Position numbers and translations under genes: made by a program. 64,000 nt of DNA from NCBI GenBank assembly GCA_038087875.1, contig CM075998.1, positions 3,970,001 through 4,034,000 on the forward strand. Direction: 5' to 3'. This DNA comes from Malacoraja senta (taxonomy: Eukaryota). Below the pieces are notes generated by a model that searched no databases, was not told where the DNA came from, and was given only the letters and a program-made list of their open reading frames with translations. Below, in pieces: positions 60,656-64,000 of this stretch (position 1 is the first letter of the stretch; the number at the start of each line of letters is the position of its first letter).

Positions 60656-60699
60656 TCCCCTTTTGCTCGCCTTCCATTTCACCCGCCTCCACTCAACAG

Positions 60700-61227
60700 A
60701 GCATCCTCGGATTCTGGTGAACTTCTACCGCTGCACCATCGAGAGCATCCTTACCAACTGCATCACAGTATGGTATGGCAACTGCTCTGTCTCCGACCGG
60801 AAAGCACTGCAGAGGGTGGTGAAAATTGCCCAACGCGTCACCGGTTCCTCACTCCCCACCATTGAGTCTGTCCAAAGCAAGCGTTGTCTGCGAAGGGCGC
60901 TCAGCATCGCCAAGGACTGCTCTCACCCCAACCACAGACTGTTTACCCTCCTACCATCCGGGAGGCGCTACAGGTCTCTCCGTTGCCGGACCAGCAGGTC
61001 CAGGAACAGCTTCTTCCCTGCGGCGGTTACACTACTCAACACTGTACCTCGGTGACTGCCAATCACACCCCCCCCCCCCCCCCCGGACACTCCTCCCACC
61101 AGGATTTATTAGATTTATTTATTTACTGCTCATATTTATGTCGCTCTTGGGAGATGCTAACTGCATTTCGTTGTCTCTGTACTGTACACTGCACAATGAC
61201 AATAAAGTTGAATCTGAATCTGAATCT
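60700..61227 (+). mobile_element. Rex1/Babar LINE 3' fragment
   Basis: ILVNFYRCTIESILTNCITVWYGNC...HPNHRLFTLLPSGRRYRSL...RNSFFPAAVTLLN; tail AATAAAGT(TGAATC)n. Confidence 0.95.
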
Positions 61228-61992
61228 TCCACCATTTCTGTTAACTCCACTGTGATGGCACAACCAAACAAATCCCACACTCTCAGGGGACTGTTTCGTC
61301 TGGGATGTTGGTTCACTCCTCCATCTCAAATGTACCCACAGCATCTCTCCATGCAACTGGGAAGGAAAGTTAATCCCATCAGAACTGCCCCCTCCATCGA
61401 CTCCTTTAAGTCGAGACTAAAAACTTATCTGTACTCCCAAGCCTTTCTTGACGTCCTCTGAGCGAGGGCTACATGTATGTAGTTTGTTTGTTGTACTATT
61501 CTTACACAAATGTAAAACACTTTGGCCAACGAGAGTTGTTTTTTAAATGTGCTATATAAATGTGACTTTTGACTTTCCATCCTATCATCAAGAGCAAAAA
61601 CACTCTTTCCGTGTGAAGCAGTGATTAAATTGTACTTCTAATTTAATATTTACTGGTTCACACTGGTCTCTAGAATGGAGAGACCAAAAGTAGATCAGGT
61701 GATTGCTTTGTGGATAACCAGTGCTTCATCATTGCAGACTTCTGAACAGATCATCTGAAACAGTTAAACTTGAAGTTGATTAATTCCAACATTTTTATTT
61801 CAGAATCCCAGTGTCTACAGAATTTTCATTTTGACATTTCAGATACAAGTTCTGCTTTGTGCAGGAAGGAACTGCAAATGCTAGTTTACACTGAAGGTAG
61901 ACACAAAATGCTGGAGTAACTCAGCAGGTCAGGCAGCGTCTGTGGAGAAAAGGAGTAGGTGACGTTTCAGGTCGAGACCCTTCTTCAGACTA

Positions 61993-62538
61993 ATGGCCCT
62001 GTCCCATGGTACGAGTTCATTCCAAGAGCTCTCCAGATTAAAAAAAAAAAAAATCAAACTCGTAGTAAGCACGGAGAATGAAGGTAGAGCTCGGGGACAT
62101 TCTTTTTATTTTTAAATTTTTTTTATTTACAGTAATATGACACCAATGAAAATGAAAAAGAGAGAATAGATAATAGATAATAAAAGGTGGAAAAACGTGT
62201 GATATATAGTGTGTGAAAAGGAAAAAAGGGTGAAAGCAGAAAAGTGAAGAAAAGAAGATAGAAAGAGACAGAGTAGAAAGTAAGAGATTAAGGAGATCGT
62301 TATTTATATTCTGTCGGGGACATTTCTTAGCGGCTCGTAACGCTAATGGCAGGTACTCGGGAAGACTCACTAACGGCAGGTAAGCACGGGAAGACTCGTG
62401 GACATTTTTCAACAGGTTGAAAAATGTCCACGAAAGCCCCGAGTACCGACGAGTGGCCATTACCGTAAATCTCCGAGTTCGAATCGGGGCAAACCCGGGA
62501 GAGCTCTTGAATGAACTTGTACCATGGGACAGGGCCAT
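61993..62538. mobile_element. TA-flanked MITE inserted at the centre of a Penelope fold-back
   Basis: TIRs ATGGCCCTGTCCCATGGTACGAGTTCATTC / GAATGAACTTGTACCATGGGACAGGGCCAT; Penelope arms at ~61860-61990 and ~62541-62600. Confidence 0.85.
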
Positions 62539-62899
62539 TAAGAAGAGACGTGACCTGAAACATCACCCATTTCTTTCCACCAGAGATGCTGCCTGACCCA
62601 TTAATTCTGCTTTCCTATTTATCCATTCTAACTTGATCTTTTGTTCCTTGTCCCACTTCCACTCTTCTTTCTTGGAGTCGTCCTATTGACGTTTAATCTG
62701 TCCATAATTTTAACCATAGCATAATCCTCCCCTTTTGTTCTCTTCTCCCCATCCCATTTTCCATTAAGATTTGTTTCCCTGTAATCTTTTTCCGTTTTAA
62801 TGAAAATTAATCAAACTAAAATGTTTTAAATATCTCTTCACAGGTGCTTTATGCCACTTGAATATTCCCATCATTTTTTTAACTATATTTCAGTATCAG

Positions 62900-63083
62900 T
62901 GTGAAATTCTCTGCCACAGAAAGTAGTTGAGGCCAGTTCATTGGCTAGATGTGGCCCTTGTGGCTAAAGGGATCAGGGGGTATGGAGAGAAGGCAGGTAC
63001 AGGATACTGAGTTGGATGATCAGCCATGATCATATTGAATGGGCCGAATGGCCTACTCCTGCACCTATTTTCTATGTTTCTAT
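62900..63083 (+). mobile_element. CR1 3' fragment
   Basis: CR1 tail ...GGCCTACTCCTGCACCTATTTTCTATGTTTCTAT. Confidence 0.85.
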
Positions 63084-64000
63084 CTGAAATTTTTTACACA
63101 ATATAAACTTTCATTTGAATTGGTATAAAGTGCCTCGATTTAATGTCACATCTAAAAGGTAATGCCTCCCACAATGTAACACTTCGCCAAGATTATGGAA
63201 CCCATAACCATCTGATTTGGGTGAGAGTGCTGCCACTTAGCCTAGCTGGCGCCATAAAACCTATGCTGGCTATAGAACTTAATGAACTGCAAATTGTTTT
63301 TACATAGAGCAACAGTTTATGTCTCACTCGTTAATCTTTCAGAGCGAAGGTCGTTGTATAGCAGCAGCCCCATCTACACAAACCTGAGGCAAAAATGAAT
63401 GAACTGGCCCCTCCAATTTTAATAGCATGTGCATATGGAGCCTGTAGTTTAATGACCTGCATTGTTTTTTTTAAGCTATAATCTTTTCAAGAAGTCCAGC
63501 TGAGTTTATTAGCCATTATAATGTATTGTTCCTTGTATCTTTCAACAGATGAAGTTCTGAAACCTAATTAGTTTATATATTCTGTTTTGTACATAAATAT
63601 GTTATTTTATCCACATTACACCTCACCGCAACTTCTGAAAGTAAACTTGTCGTAATTTTTAAACCCTAATGCCAAACAAATTATCGCCATGTTACTTTAT
63701 CTAAGCACCTCGTAGACCACAAATCATTACATTTGTTTGATTTGTCAAGGACGGAAATAATGTAAAAAGTGAATCGTGAACCTTCAATAATTATGTTTTG
63801 GTACATTTAGAAGTTTCCCTTTTGGTTTTGGCTCTTAGCCGAAAAAACCCTGGTGTTTAATTCTGCTTTTATTGACTACATACATTCTTGATGGGTTTTC
63901 CTGTATTGTCCCATCCTTTATTTTAAGAATAGTAAAGACATTTAGGGCCTGTATATGCTTCCTCCAAATTGTTGTGGTTATTAAAAATTGATTATGTTGT

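Overview
Repeat-dominated vertebrate genomic DNA. It is most likely from a cartilaginous fish (skate/ray), judged from the many HE1-type tRNA-derived SINEs and matching CR1 LINE tails. No intact host protein-coding exon is recognisable; the long ORFs come from repeats or low-complexity DNA. The one clear host signal is a CpG island at ~31.3-31.9 kb. It carries two perfect CRE palindromes and a strong splice donor, read as the promoter and non-coding first exon of an unidentified + strand gene whose intron probably fills the rest of the window. Mobile elements include CR1, L2 and Rex1/Babar LINE fragments, Penelope-like fragments, a decayed Tc1, hAT and TA-flanked MITEs, and a tandem Helitron array. 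Top finding: two copies of a 126-141 bp retroposon (38816-38941 and 44467-44607, minus strand) whose first 54 nt fold into a complete minimal HDV-like self-cleaving ribozyme; in one copy a 12-bp TSD abuts the predicted cleavage-site G1. Also notable: hammerhead-ribozyme cores in Penelope terminal repeats, and a head-to-head inverted pair of histone H1/protamine-like pseudogene fragments at 53.4-53.9 kb.
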